Assembly: GCF_963853765.1 (NCBI RefSeq)
Contig: NC_088857.1
Coordinates: 15,128,001 to 15,192,000 of the forward strand
Source of the DNA: Magallana gigas
Taxonomy: Eukaryota
Length of the DNA: 64,000 nucleotides
Reading direction: 5' to 3'
Positions within the stretch are counted from its first letter, which is position 1, and the number at the start of each line of letters is the position of its first letter. Of this stretch, positions 11,404-24,809 are shown in pieces. Position numbers and translations under genes: made by a program. Under the pieces are notes generated by a model. The model had not been told where the DNA came from, did no database searches, and saw only the letters and a list, made by a program, of their open reading frames with translations.

Positions 11404-14400
11404 TCACATTGTTGATGTCCGTTCGCGAGTAAACACACTAAAACGCCTCCTTAATGATGCTCGAATTAGTTTCGGGGAACCAACGGGGGCATGCGATAAT
11501 TTGCGATGTCCTTTTGTTGTTGCATCTTTTTTTTCACTTATCTAAATCAAGAAAAAAAAAGATTTTCAATACTTGAATAAGAAAATTTAAACTGAAAAAT
11601 TTGTTTAGGCAAGTAAAAGGAAACTATTTTAAATGAAATTCTTTGCGTTCAATCGCAATGTTAAGTTTGCGTATAAATGCAAAGGTTTTTGGCGTTTAAA
11701 GTTATTGAGAATTGCTATTAAACGCATTAAGGAAATAACAGTAATCTCATTAGTTAATCTTATTAAACGCAATTAATGATATTTGCTTTTTAAGCGACTA
11801 AACGTATTCATTTGATATATGCGTTGTCACTTACTGTGGAATCATCATTGTTCCGGGGGGGGGGGGGCAATGTTTGTGGCTTTCGTGTGTAACACTTGCC
11901 CACGAATTTACACCCGCACGAAACTATTCACAACCATTTGTTTCATATTTATAAAAATTATCCAAATTACACTATCAATGAAATTAAGTCCCAACGAACC
12001 AGGAAAAAAGTGACTACGCATTGATCCCTTACGAATAAAAAAAGATTCCACAGTAAAGAAAGGACATATATTGTTGGAAAATGAGAGGCTAAGATAAACA
12101 TTGTGGCCGTCTAAGTTTTATGGTCGCGTGGCCGTGTCAAGAAATACCTACTGTATACAGGGTTATTTTTGCCATGTGTAATTTTCGCCCTTTAACACAT
12201 GCAAACAGTTTCGACTCGTCTTGAATTCGCCCGGACACAGTTGTGTTTAAAGAAAGATAATACGAGATATTGGCATTCGCCCAGTCTTAAATTCGCCCGC
12301 TGGTAACGAGGGCGAAAGGGTCAAAAATAAAACGGGGCGAATATTTCCTTGTGTACAATACCTTTCTGATGAGCTCGTGAAACACCCGCCTTATGCTCTC
12401 TGTGTTGGCCGAGGCTGAGCACTCTGTCACCATATAACCGTCCGTCCGCCATTCCTGTCCATCCTGGGGTTGCTTTGGAACAGTCCTGGAAATTTAGTCA
12501 AATCTTGCTGAAAATGCTTTTCTTCTCAAAGCAATATGAGCTGCAATTTTCATGTTGAATTTTTTTTTATACGAAAATGTTATTTTCTACTAAATTGACA
12601 AAAAATATCATGTTTTATATATTTCTGTTTGCCATATTTTTGTGGGAAAGCTGTTGAGAAGCCTTGATTTGAGAAAAATTGAATTATTGTCATCCTGTAT
12701 AAAATTTGATCTGCTATATATTCCTTAGAAGAAAAATCTTTCTTCGGACAAACGTTAATGGTTTTTTTTTTTCAAGTCTTATTTATCATTAGAGCTTAAG
12801 TTATATGCAGACTTATCATACTAGCAGGTTTTGCAGCAAAATAAAAATCTAAATAATACAGCTCATATTGCTTTAAATTGAAAATTCTGATAAATCTGCC
12901 GTCGTCGGTTATTCGTGTTTTCTTATTAATTATTATTTTATTTACAAAAACTAGTGTAAAGTTCGGTAAAAGCATTTGTATCTGAATTAAGTTTACTTAA
13001 GGTATTTAGTTGAATAACTATGAGTATTTTGGATAGGCTTTTTTCTTATCCATTTATTTATATGTTATATCAATTAAAGGAGTGTTTTTCACTTAAACAC
13101 CCTGAAAAACGTTGTTCAAGGTTGCAAAAATTCAGTACCTCTTTCAATGAATTGATTCGTTGTTCGCCAGATTTCAAAAGAAAAAAAATGAAACATAACG
13201 TTTTACTTCCCAAATGAAAACGAATCGAAATGTGAAGCCATTATATTACAGAAGTGTTATGGAGACCGTTATTTAAGTAGACACAGTATTTCTCTACCTG
13301 TCTGTCTGAGACTAAACCAAGCCAATTGTATTTTAAAAAGCTTTAGAAACGAAATGATTGACCTAATAATAACCTATATGCATTATTATGCAAAAAATGA
13401 CTAAGTTCAAGAGTGATTTTGTATGACCTGAATTGTTTTTATACAATCGATGATCGTTGTATTTAATCGCAATGACAACGTGGGTAAACCAAATTATAGA
13501 CTAGTATAGTACTTACTAAACGAACTCAGCACGTCAGTCTTGTCTTAGTGCTAATTTCAGTAAAGTTTGTATAAATACGGTGACCATTAATTAAATACCC
13601 GTATTGTATGATATGTAGTATGCATGCGCTTATTGTTTAATTTCAGAATTTGATATTCTTTGCAATTAATCAACTGTTGGAAAAGTATTTCTACAAAAAG
13701 ATGTTCAGATTGAACCCCCCCCCCCCAACCCCTTTCTCGCGTTTCCATCAAAATTGTTTTCGTAGTTGTAACCACCTGGAGTGTTCGAGGTCACATTTGT
13801 TTCCAACCAAAACCATGGGGATGACCTGGTTTGGCTTCTTCTCTTTCTTTAGCCAGTCCATGACGACTTCCGCTATGTCAAAACTGTTCCGGTCCGTCAC
13901 TGAGTAGACGATCACTGCGCCATCTACCTTGTGTAGCCAGTCTCTGGTAGTCGACTTCCGGTCAAGATTCTGCAAAGAAGACAAAAAGAGTAAAAACTGG
14001 ACTTTTTTTTATTCTTGACAAAATAACTAAACTTATGAATAAGTCGTAAATCCGTTCAATCTCATGGAATTATTCTTAAGGTACAATGTGTTTACAACCA
14101 ACTGATATCAAACAATTTAACTATTGAAAGCATTTTACTAGTATTTAGTTAAACCATTCGACAGCTTTTAATGTATTTGGTCGTGTTTTTTATTTAGCAA
14201 ATCGCAGTCAAGGTGGTGAATGATTAAAACTGAAAGAAGATCTAAAAGTCCTATCAATATTTCAAACATCATCTTCACGCGTCAAGGAAGGAAGTGTGTA
14301 AGAATGCTGTGAAGTGGCCATCATCTCAGCAAGCTTTAATTGCTATTTACGTAACAAATTCACTCTTGCAAAATATAGCAAATGGGAGAATAATACACAG

Positions 14401-15792
14401 TGAGTCATGTTTCATCTCCATTCCCTCAATTTTACGATAAAAATCTCAAAATTGTGACGATTAGTCGAAATTGCGTTTGAAATGTTTCTTTTTCTGGATT
14501 ATTTTCAGCTTAGAACAATATGGGTCTATTCGACAACAAGTACCGTTTCTATATACGTGAACATGGCACAATAACTCTACCTTTCCTGCTACGTCCGTTA
14601 TTTTTATGGACACCTGCTTTTCATCCGCCAAGACATTTCGTTCATACGTCACTTCTTCCGGGGACGCATACTCGCTGAGGTATCTTCCGGTCAAAAAACG
14701 CACCACAACCGCTGCAATTTAAAACACACGATGAAAAAAAAAACCTGCAACACAACTAGTGACGCCCTCCCCACCCTTTCTAAAAAACATGCTTGTTTTA
14801 TGGTACCTGATAATGATTTTGATATAAAAAAAAAAGTGTCCAATTCTAATTAGCTTGAGACTCGTTGATCATGTTTTATATACTTCTAATATATACATGT
14901 AGTATACGGTTCCTTTCGCTCGCGAATGTGACCATAGAGGTTGAACAATGTATGTCGCTATGTAAAATACATCATGAAAGCAATGGTATGAGAAATTTAT
15001 AACGTAGTCTATAAAGTATCGTGAAGAATAGCTATCATTGGATGTGTTTCTTTAAAGTACATTTAAACCCTGATATGAGGGATAACTGATAAATGACCAT
15101 GACTGTTTTATATCTTTCTCGGAACCCTCGGGTTTTCTATCCATTGGTTTGAATACGATAGTTAAGATCAATATCTGGCAGATTCATGTCTAGTTGAGGT
15201 TATGAGCAATTCCAATTATGTTTTAGACTTGGAAAATTATCCACGCAGCGGCAAAAATTAAAATGAGTGCTAAGAGAAGGGAGTGATCTTTAATTGCTGT
15301 TTCTGGTTAATATAAATCAGGCTTAAGATTTATCAGTTTCTACATCACGATTTTATTATACACCCTAAGTATATATATCTATCCATTGGTGTTTTAATTG
15401 CTTTCAGAAAGGAGAGTATATAATTGTTTTTTTCTTATATATTTTGTTTATGTCAACTAAGATCAAGCTCAAGGTATGTATCAATTGATAACGTTATTTT
15501 TATAATGAATTGGAATTGAGCCATTTTTTCCGACTATTGAGCCGATTCCTAATTCTCTAAACACGTATAACTTAAATATATTCCTACAAATGTTTATAGA
15601 ATGATGTTCAAGCTGCTTTTTGAATATTGCTCTATAGCTACTTTGTATATATAATAACGATATCTGGATTATGAGGCAAATGAAAAAAATATTGCGGGTT
15701 TTTTTTTTCATTATGATTCGGGAAAATCAAATGGAGGCTTTAGCTTATTTAGTTTTCCAATAAACAGAGTGCACTTGTAAAGTAATTTTGTT

Positions 15793-15867
<75 letters not shown>

Positions 15868-15933
15868 ACACACAGAAACACAAACCCAACTGCGTTAATT
15901 GTCACAAATTAAAGCAAGTGAATGTTATTATCG

Positions 15934-15969
<36 letters not shown>

Positions 15970-16415
15970 TTATATAATATATAATTCAGGTGTTGCAAGT
16001 GTATTTCAATAGTTATATTATGTGTAAATGTTTTATTCTGAAATTAGATTTAATGGAATTTCCGCAACTATTCTACCAAATACTTGAAATCTTTTGAAGT
16101 GTAAAAAACCAAGCTAGATTGCTTCCTCTTTTTGAGCAATTGGAGTTTCCTATCCAATGCCTTTTTTTTTAAATATGATATGACACATAAGCGAGTACTA
16201 TAACACATGCAGTGTAAGTTCATCGGAAGAGACATTAATAGAGGCATTGACTGGAAGATCTCGTGAGAGGTCACGAACCCTCTTGTAATTACTGTGGGAA
16301 TAATTAAAAACAACATCCATCAGTCAGAAAAACTGACGAAGATGAATAACCACTTGAATAGACACGTGTTGTTTGCTTTGAAGACTAGTCTTCTATAGCT
16401 CTTTGGAAACATGGC

Positions 16416-16487
<72 letters not shown>

Positions 16488-17767
16488 TTATCATGTGTAA
16501 TAATTCTGCATGGGTATTTACAGACAAACAGCAATATATATGTGACCATTTTATCTATCTTTCAAAGCCTACTTTAATGTATTTCACAATCAAAACAAAC
16601 CATAAAGTTTGTCTTCTGTGCTTTCTTATCTCGATGGTCTAATGTTTGTATCCTTATTATTCAGTATAATAAAGAGTTGTTGGGGTTAGACTTGACCAAT
16701 AAAACGATCGTGCCCGTTTCCTACTGGGTTTTTTTTTGTTTAAAATGTTTAACCGGTATCTTATCGGGTTCTTCAAAGCTTATCTTCGATCAAGACAAGA
16801 TGATCTTACTTTACATAATCATAAAAGCTGAGTTTAAACAAGCAGAAAATGGTTTAATTTACCTCCACGAAATTCAAAAACATTGAAAACCATCCGAACT
16901 ATATAGCAACCGGGTTTCCTTGTGGAAGAGGGGGGGGGGATTGTGATTTTATTCCTGTGTATTTTAGCTTTTTCATTTTTACTAATATTAAATTGACAAC
17001 AATAATATTACATGTAAAGCTTAAACTCCCGTTCATTCATGAATTCTTTCAATTTTTCATTCATTCATTCACAGGTGTGAAAAAAGTTACAATCTTTCTG
17101 TGTAGCATACCATAAACCCATACTGCAAAAAAATGTAGAAAAAACTATAATTTATGCAAATTTAATCTTAAATGTACAGTGTGGGTTGGTCTATCCTTAG
17201 CTTTGTATATAATAAAACTATAACTTTTAGAACCAAGCACCAAATTATCACCATTTATTTCCCTTTCCCTGTGTATTATAATGTCATTTAAGGCTTCATT
17301 TCGTATAATGCTGCGTCGTAATGTCCGTCATAGTCATAACTTTTAAAATGCCCATTGAAAAACAAACAACATCATCGATCAAATAGCAATTTTACAACCC
17401 CACAAATCCAAAGGAACTCCCTATCACTATTGAATTTATCCCGGTGAATGAAATACGACAGTCTGATAATATGAGAATGGATTCGGCAAGAAAGGTGCAA
17501 TATTCGACAGGTTGTGAGGCCATGAGTTATTGTAAAAGTGTCGGAGATTGAATTTACCCGTTATAGGGAACGGACTCAAGTGCAGATTAAACAGGGAACA
17601 CATTAATCTTTCGTTCATTCATCAATTCTATACTTGCGTACATTGTAACATTAAAGACAATGCGATCAGAATAAGTACACTTGAAATAACCAATGAAGGA
17701 AAATGGGAAATTTTGAACCAGTACAACTCTTAAAATACTTCACTGGAATTAGATTGTACCTATCCAA

Positions 17768-17845
<78 letters not shown>

Positions 17846-19632
17846 TCTCTCTAGAGGAGGAAACATGCATCATGTTGGTTTTGCCTCACTCAGAAATAAC
17901 TTCAAAGAAAAATTCATCGCATATCGTGCCGGTTTTAGCGCGCAGATTTATTTGAGATGTTCACAGGTGCTCTCTGATCGGTTCAACATCTAAGTTAGTT
18001 CTATAAAGGGTTCTCTTTAATTCTTAAACTTTAGATGTTTCAATCAATTTTGGATTACACCGGAAATTGAAAGAAAATTAATCAAACCTACAGTGCATTT
18101 TCACATTTAGTAATATACAAGTTTTCCATTCCATGCAGACTTAAAGATGGTTTTCGTTAGCTCTATCTCTCAGAGAGATGCACTTAAAAGCGATAAACCG
18201 CAATTCAATTAAACTTATTTTTGACATGAATTCGCATTAAAAAGTATCCGTAAAACTTAGTTTTAATTATGCATGTTTCATGCTTTATTGATCTTTTTGG
18301 GTAAACCTTTAATAAGTAGAGGAAAGAAAATCCACAAAATGAAATTTACCAGATTATAGATCACTTCAAATTAATGACAATTGCGTACACTTTCTGACTG
18401 ACTATACATATATACACCAGTATATTAGATCCTCTTTAAATATATACATTTTGGATTCAATAAAAGGCAACAATCGTCCACCATTACATGAAACTCGCAG
18501 ATTTTTGTAACAAATATTTATACTGGTGTTAATGAAAATAAGACTATAAATGTAAATTAATATGTTTGTTACATTAAAAGTTTGTTATAGATAAGTTTAG
18601 AAATCTTCGATTTTAAACTTTTAATGTAACATGTTTATTCAAACGTGTTTCCTTTATAAACATCAGTTCCACCCGTTTCATTCATGAGAATGTCAACACT
18701 CTGCTACTAGACTGCGCTTCTTTATAATTAAACAAAATGTATAATTTAACTTATATGTCTTTTCGTAAGATTGATCACGTTCTAATTCAGACAAGGAAGG
18801 TCTGGTTTAATTGTAATTTAGTTCAGACACAGATCGTTCTCAATCCTGTACATTTGCACGGAAACTCTCTTTTTTTTGGAGGCCAGCTTGTTCATGTGGT
18901 CTAATTATCTCATTAATGACTTAGACATATCAATCAACTGCACTTCCGTTCATGTACTATCGTGTTGAAGTAAATTTATTAAGAAAAAGCACATAAAAGT
19001 ACACGAGAGACATCAAGATGATTAGTTTGTGAAGAAGAGAATTTTAAAAAATGGGTATTAAAAAAATACAACACTGCAATAGGTTGAAAGATTTTCTTTT
19101 CTCTTAATTGCAGCATTTCCAAATGATGTATGTTCATCACATTCAACTTATTATTTAAAACTTATTTGATTTGGATGACTTATGGGACATGCAAATCGGA
19201 TTCTTCAGTATCATGCATAATTTCTTCGAATTTTCATTACAGTAACAAAGAACTTCAAGATGGTCTTTAGACGCATTCAGCAAAGCATGATAATATCTTT
19301 ATTCAACTCGAGTCATTTAATTTGTATGTACAGTTACATAAACGGTAAAGTTCAAAGAATTCTGGGTTATTAGTGTCCAGGGGTTTTATATTTTGCGGGA
19401 AACCACAATCGCAAATGGAAACTTTCTATACACTTTGCAATGGAATATTCGTTCGATTTATTTCCTGTTCTATAAATTCAAATGAATAGGACACTCGTGC
19501 AGAAACATGCACGCTTTAATTAATCATAACCACGTGAAATATGAATTACAATATACGACATCCCTCTACAAAGTTACCTGTTTTGCCGACACCTTCCTTC
19601 CCCAGTACCAGGATGTTAATCGGTCCTTTCAT
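11404..19632 (-). CDS. RERGL: Ras-family small GTPase, RERG/RERGL-like, 213 aa, 5 coding exons
   Basis: Exons (minus): 19632-19578, 14711-14581, 13969-13776, 12485-12362, 11541-11404. All introns are GT-AG with matching phases. G1 GKEGVGKT, switch I EYASPEE, G3 DVAGK, G4 NKCD, G5 ECSA. C-terminus RRRFSVFTRERTSTM has no CAAX. The symbol is a family-level assignment. Confidence 0.85.
12149..12360. mobile_element. TA-flanked MITE (Tc1/mariner-like), 12151-12358, inserted in the exon-4 splice donor of the GTPase gene
   Basis: Imperfect TIRs ctgtatacagg / ccttgtgtacaa, TA at 12149-50 and 12359-60, internal ttcgccc/gggcga repeats. Confidence 0.8.
15797..17851. repeat. Cluster of (CT)n/(GA)n microsatellites in GTPase intron 1
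   Basis: Tracts at ~15797-15863, ~15938-15965, ~16418-16477 and ~17773-17851. Confidence 0.95.
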
Positions 19633-22084
19633 TTTTTGGTGGTACTAATCATGTCACATTTATACTTCCGTGTCGAACGAATTGTTTTGTTTTGAGAGTC
19701 CTCGAGTTAAAAAAAAAAGAGAAAGTAATTTACACAAACTATATGTATATATGCATCGAAGACAACACAAGGTCTTTCTTGTCAATAGCAACGTTATGTC
19801 AACACTGAATCACTGGTCGGCCTGTATAACGTTTATCACTGTACGAAAGAAAAAAATTCAGGTTTTAAGGATCCGATAACTTTTTCTTCTGATTTTTTTC
19901 TTCTTCTTGATAAATTACTCCTAGGTCAAGGCTTCGTTTTGGAACTAACAAATTGAACTGTAGTTTACAAAATACGCGAGTAGTTATTTAGATAAAGACC
20001 GCGGATGAGCAAACATAACTCTAGCGGTCGTGGTATAAATATATACGAGCTAAGCAATCTCAACTGTGTGGTAATGTCTAGGTAGATGGGGGAATCTTTG
20101 CGGTTTTAAAGAATTTCCTCCCGGATTTGAATTTAAGAATGTCGAGCAAAGTCCAAGACGAGCCTCGATTATCATACAATTCATTTCACGTCAATTTACA
20201 GTCCATGTAAATAAACCAACATTCCTCGTCGATTGTTGGCAAAGACAGTCGATTTATCTTACTCTCTTGGCAAGGTGCATTGGCAAATTTCGCTAAAAAT
20301 TCTAGCGTTCGCTTAAACCGTTATTCTGTATCGTTCTAAACCTATAATCTAAAGAAACTACTTTTTTGATATTGAAATAAAACATCCTCTTAAAATCAAA
20401 CAAAATTAATCTATACATGTTTTGATTTCCTGGCTTGTTTGTCATTTGGTAGATATTTAAACAAATCGAATCACTATGGTAGTATTTAGAAGAAAAGAAC
20501 AATTGGTAAAAATGGCATGAACCGCTCAAACATCTAAGTGCGTTTTATAGAATTCAGTTACGACTTACAACCAAATAACAGAATGCTTAAGCTTTCATAA
20601 AATAACATTTGTTTTGTTCCCCAACAGCAGCGAGATGGAATTTATGGATTAAGATAGTAAAGTTTTGAATTAATTGTGAGATAAGATTGTAAATATTTAC
20701 AACTATGTCATAAGTTCTTTCGTAAATGCACTCTAGTTTAAATTTACTCTGTTACATATGCAACTTTGTGGTGGTTTGCGATCGGATACTGCAGAAACAA
20801 ATGTACATAGCATGCGTGGATTCAGAAACTTATCCGGTGTAACGAAGAATATTGACCCGGGTTGAAAATTGACCCGGGGATCATTTTTCAACGTTGAATA
20901 TTGACCCGGATGGTCATTTTTCAACGTTGAAAATTGAGACCAAAATCGTGAAATTTTTACCCGGGGTCATTTTTCAACGGGATGAAATTTTTTTTCTTCT
21001 AAACTTTGATGACCTCGACACGTTGAAAATTGATCCTGTTGAGAATTGACCCCAACTTCAGAGTTTTGATCTAAACTGGAACTTACTCCACACGGTTTAA
21101 ATGTACAATCATGCACATATTTGAAAGTTTCAGTTTTAAAATTTTCATACTGTCCGACACATACTAGTATGCGGACGTGGCTGATTTATTGTTGGTTGAT
21201 ATGTCCGATTAATGTCCGATTTATTATATAATTCTGAGACTGAAAATATGATATCCATTTTATATCATTACAATACTATGTAAATAAAATTAGGACGATA
21301 ACCGTTTTCTTCGGAATGGAACGGGCTAGTCAAAATATGATAATTTTTGACATAGAATTGACCATCATTCCTTCGTGTGATAGAATTTAATGTTTAAACT
21401 TGACATAGTCTCTGACAAATCATTATCTAATCAATATTGACCATTATCGTTACAATTCAGCTTTATTCGACAGGCACCTGGCGTTGTATATTTTTCTAAT
21501 ATTCAAAATAAATATAACCTCTATACTGTTTTATTAGGTAAAGGGTAATATATTTATTTGTATTAAGACAGAAATATATAACATCAAGTACCTGTGCTTA
21601 ATTTGAAGAAGTCAGAATACTTCCATGACGAAATAATAATTATGAGTGGTTGTCATATTTTTATCCAACAAGTTGCAGCAGTCTTTACTTTATACGACTT
21701 AACAATAGTTTTTTAAAAACTTTCCAGATAAACTATTTTTGAAGCACCAGCCAACTTTCTGCATATGCATAGTCATAGTTTATTTTTAAACAATTAATAC
21801 AGTTCATCTCTATTATTTTGAGTTTTCAGTTTCATTATATACCTGTAAATTAGAAACACATAAAACAGAGGTTATATATTTTGTTCTATTTAATGCATAT
21901 ACCCTCTACAATAAAAATGAAAACAAAGGAATTAAAAAAGTAGGCTTGCATCTACATGTACAAGCGGAGGATGATTGATCTAAACATTGTAATGTTATAC
22001 ATGTATATGAAAAGGCATTCAAAAAATATATTAAGATTTCTAAAGTATACAATTAATAAAGAAACGCTTAAAAAAGTTCGGCTA

Positions 22085-22660
22085 GACCGAGATTGGAAAC
22101 CTTACAATCTCGAAGGGATAAACATAAACTAATTCTATTCAACAAGATTTTAAATGGTTTAGCACCAAAACACATGTTATATTTAATTCAGTCATATTTT
22201 CCAACTGATCATGCATATAATCTTAGGTCGAATGACCTTTTTTTCCTGTCTACCACTATATCGGATTACTTATTACAATAGCTTTGTTACGTCTTCGGTC
22301 TACATTTAAATAAATCATGTAAATCTCATAAACTTTATCCATCTGTAAATCAACACTTAAAAACAAAATATAACAATAGCTTATAAACATTTCAGTTTGG
22401 AGAATAGGAAAGAAATTATTTTAGGTAAACTACGGAATAAAGGTAGTAATCTAAATTAAAAACTTACTTATTTCAGAATTTGTTAATTGATGAGAGTCGA
22501 TGTTTATACTGTGGGTCTAAATCTAAAGAAAATATGAATTTTGTTTTTCTTGGATGCCCAAAATACACTCAACAAATAGACGATCTTTTTTAAAAACTTA
22601 AAAAAGTGTACCTTTTCATATTGACTATTATTTATATTCATTATGGTAGTTCTGATTTTT
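22085..22660 (+). pseudogene. Decayed 3' fragment of a LINE ORF2 (CR1/L2/RTE-X-like C-terminus) inside the TIR element
   Basis: ETLQSRRDKHKLILFNKILNGLAPKHM...YNLRSN (ORF 22093-22281), followed by LGKLRNKGSNLN and FFLGCPKY-like remnants. Clade assignment is tentative. Confidence 0.6.
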
Positions 22661-22764
22661 GATATAAATAAAAATGTAAAACTGTTTCCCATGTTTATAG
22701 TTAAATTAGAACCCCCAAGCGTTTTTGATTCTTTTAAGTTACACTGCATGAACATGCATAGAAA

Positions 22765-22947
22765 AGCATAGTAATGCAAAGTAATTCCATGTAATGCCAG
22801 CATTACACTAGGTTTTTGGAAGTAATGCATTACATTACCATTACTTGTAATGCTAAAATTGTGGCATTTCACGTTACTAGCATTACTTTGAAAATATGTA
22901 ATGCATTGCAATGCATTGCCATTACATTTAGCATTACCCCAAGCCTG
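22765..22947. repeat. GTAATG/CATTAC-rich short repeat element
   Basis: About ten gtaatg/cattac motifs in both orientations, ending cattaccccaagcctg. Confidence 0.55.
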
Positions 22948-23979
22948 GTTTTAAAAATAAATATCAGAAAAACAATTAAACAATAAAATAATTATTACAT
23001 ATTAAACGAAATGATACTTATATTAAAAAAATAATCATTTTTTGCCCCCCCCCCCTCCCCCATCTTGAAATATATAAACATGTAAATCTAAGAAATAAAT
23101 ATGTAAAAACTGATAATTTAATTAAATAATCAATTATAAATTAATTAAATAAATTCAAGTTATGTATATTGATTCGTAAATTTGTGCAACTTTGCTGTTG
23201 AATATTGAACCGGTATCATGATCAAAATTCCACGATGCGGGTCAATTTTCAACGGATTAGGGTCTTTATTCAACACCTTTGGTCTCAATATTCAACGTTG
23301 AAAAATGACCCCCGGGTCAATTTTCAACCCGGGTCAAAATTCTTCGTTACACCGGCGTGTGGTGGATGTATTCAAGCTAGAGTTAATTTTACTATGCATG
23401 GGGTGGAGGGCTACCCCTCTGCAAACATATTTCTTAGATTTACGTAAAAACTGATTTATAAGGAGCCCCCCCCCCCCCCACACACACCTCGTTAGGTGCA
23501 TGTGAAAAAACTAAGTGATGAAATTAATAAAATTAAAATTGAAATATAAGATTTATAAGTATGATGTAGTATCTCTCCTACCCCCACGGATTAGGATTTT
23601 TATGAATGGAGAATTCCCTATTTCTTTTTTCTTTTTCATTTGCTTGTCAAGACCCCCCCCCCCCCCCCCCTCTACTCCCCTTTCAGAAAAAAACATGCTA
23701 CGTGGCTGCTTACTATGCAAAATATATACTAATTTGTCAATGATTTGTTTTCTAATCATCTTGAAAGTATTTCCTGTGAATTTTCAGAAGCACGCAAGAT
23801 TATCTTAGATTTTTAATAGCGATTCTGTTTCCTGGTGGATTTTTTTTGGAAGGGGGGGGGGGGTCACACATTTATTCCGGAATTACAAAGTTTGATCTGA
23901 AACATTTGGTCATTAAAACGTTTTGTTAAGCAAGTATATAATAGGAAGAAGTAAAGTGTTCAATCGACATTGAAGAAAA

Positions 23980-24751
23980 ATGAGAGAAGTGTGGCAAGTT
24001 TCCCTTGCAGTTAGTTGCATCAAGCTTCTCCTGATTCCTTCTTAGTAAGTGTACTTATTGCATATTTTTCATATACGTTTAATCACATTTTCTGGGCTGT
24101 ATTTCATAATTCAACAAATATTTCGTGATTATGTATGTATGCAGAAAATCTTTGAGCACAAAAGTGTAAATGCATCTCATCACAGTAACTAGTATTTCAC
24201 ACCAAACATAAACTCTGTTTGCAAGCTTACACATAAATAAAGATATATTTATGGCCTGTAAAATGATAAATCTAAATTCTCTGGCCAGTGATTAGTTCCC
24301 GATTTAATAAACATATGATGATATTTCTTAGATGTTTATATAAAATTATCATTATAATATGTTCCTCTTTTTCCTCCAGTCATTCCACAGATTTTGAAGT
24401 TCACAGAAATTGGTTGGCAATAACCTTCAGCAGACCAATTGAACAGTGGTATTATGAGGTAAATAAATTTCCAGATTTTGTAATTATTTTTCTGCTTAAA
24501 GTATACATTAATTCACTTACATGGAAAAGTCTGAAGAATTTTGACTTATGTTTTAAATCTATCAAAGATAATATGTTTTACGGTGCTACCGTTCTGGCGA
24601 GCGCAGCAAGAATTACACATACCTTGAATCATTGTCAACCTAGTGTTTAGTGTTATTTAGGTATCAAAGAATGAGAGAGTATTGCTGTACAATAAGTATG
24701 CCAAAGGTACTAATTTTAGTGGTAATGATACACACAGCGCAACCCCCTACC

Positions 24752-24809
<58 letters not shown>

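Larger units (their letters stand above)
20834..23355. mobile_element. ~2.5-kb non-autonomous TIR element with ~70-bp TIRs flanked by CCGG
   Basis: Left end ccgg-tgtaacgaagaatattgacccgggttgaaaattgacccgggg...; right end ...cccgggtcaattttcaacccgggtcaaaattcttcgttaca-ccgg. No transposase ORF. Confidence 0.85.

Noticed and set aside
17666-17993. ORFs with ER/SL dipeptide runs (also 24650-24930)
   Set aside because: These are translations of (GA)n/(CT)n microsatellites.
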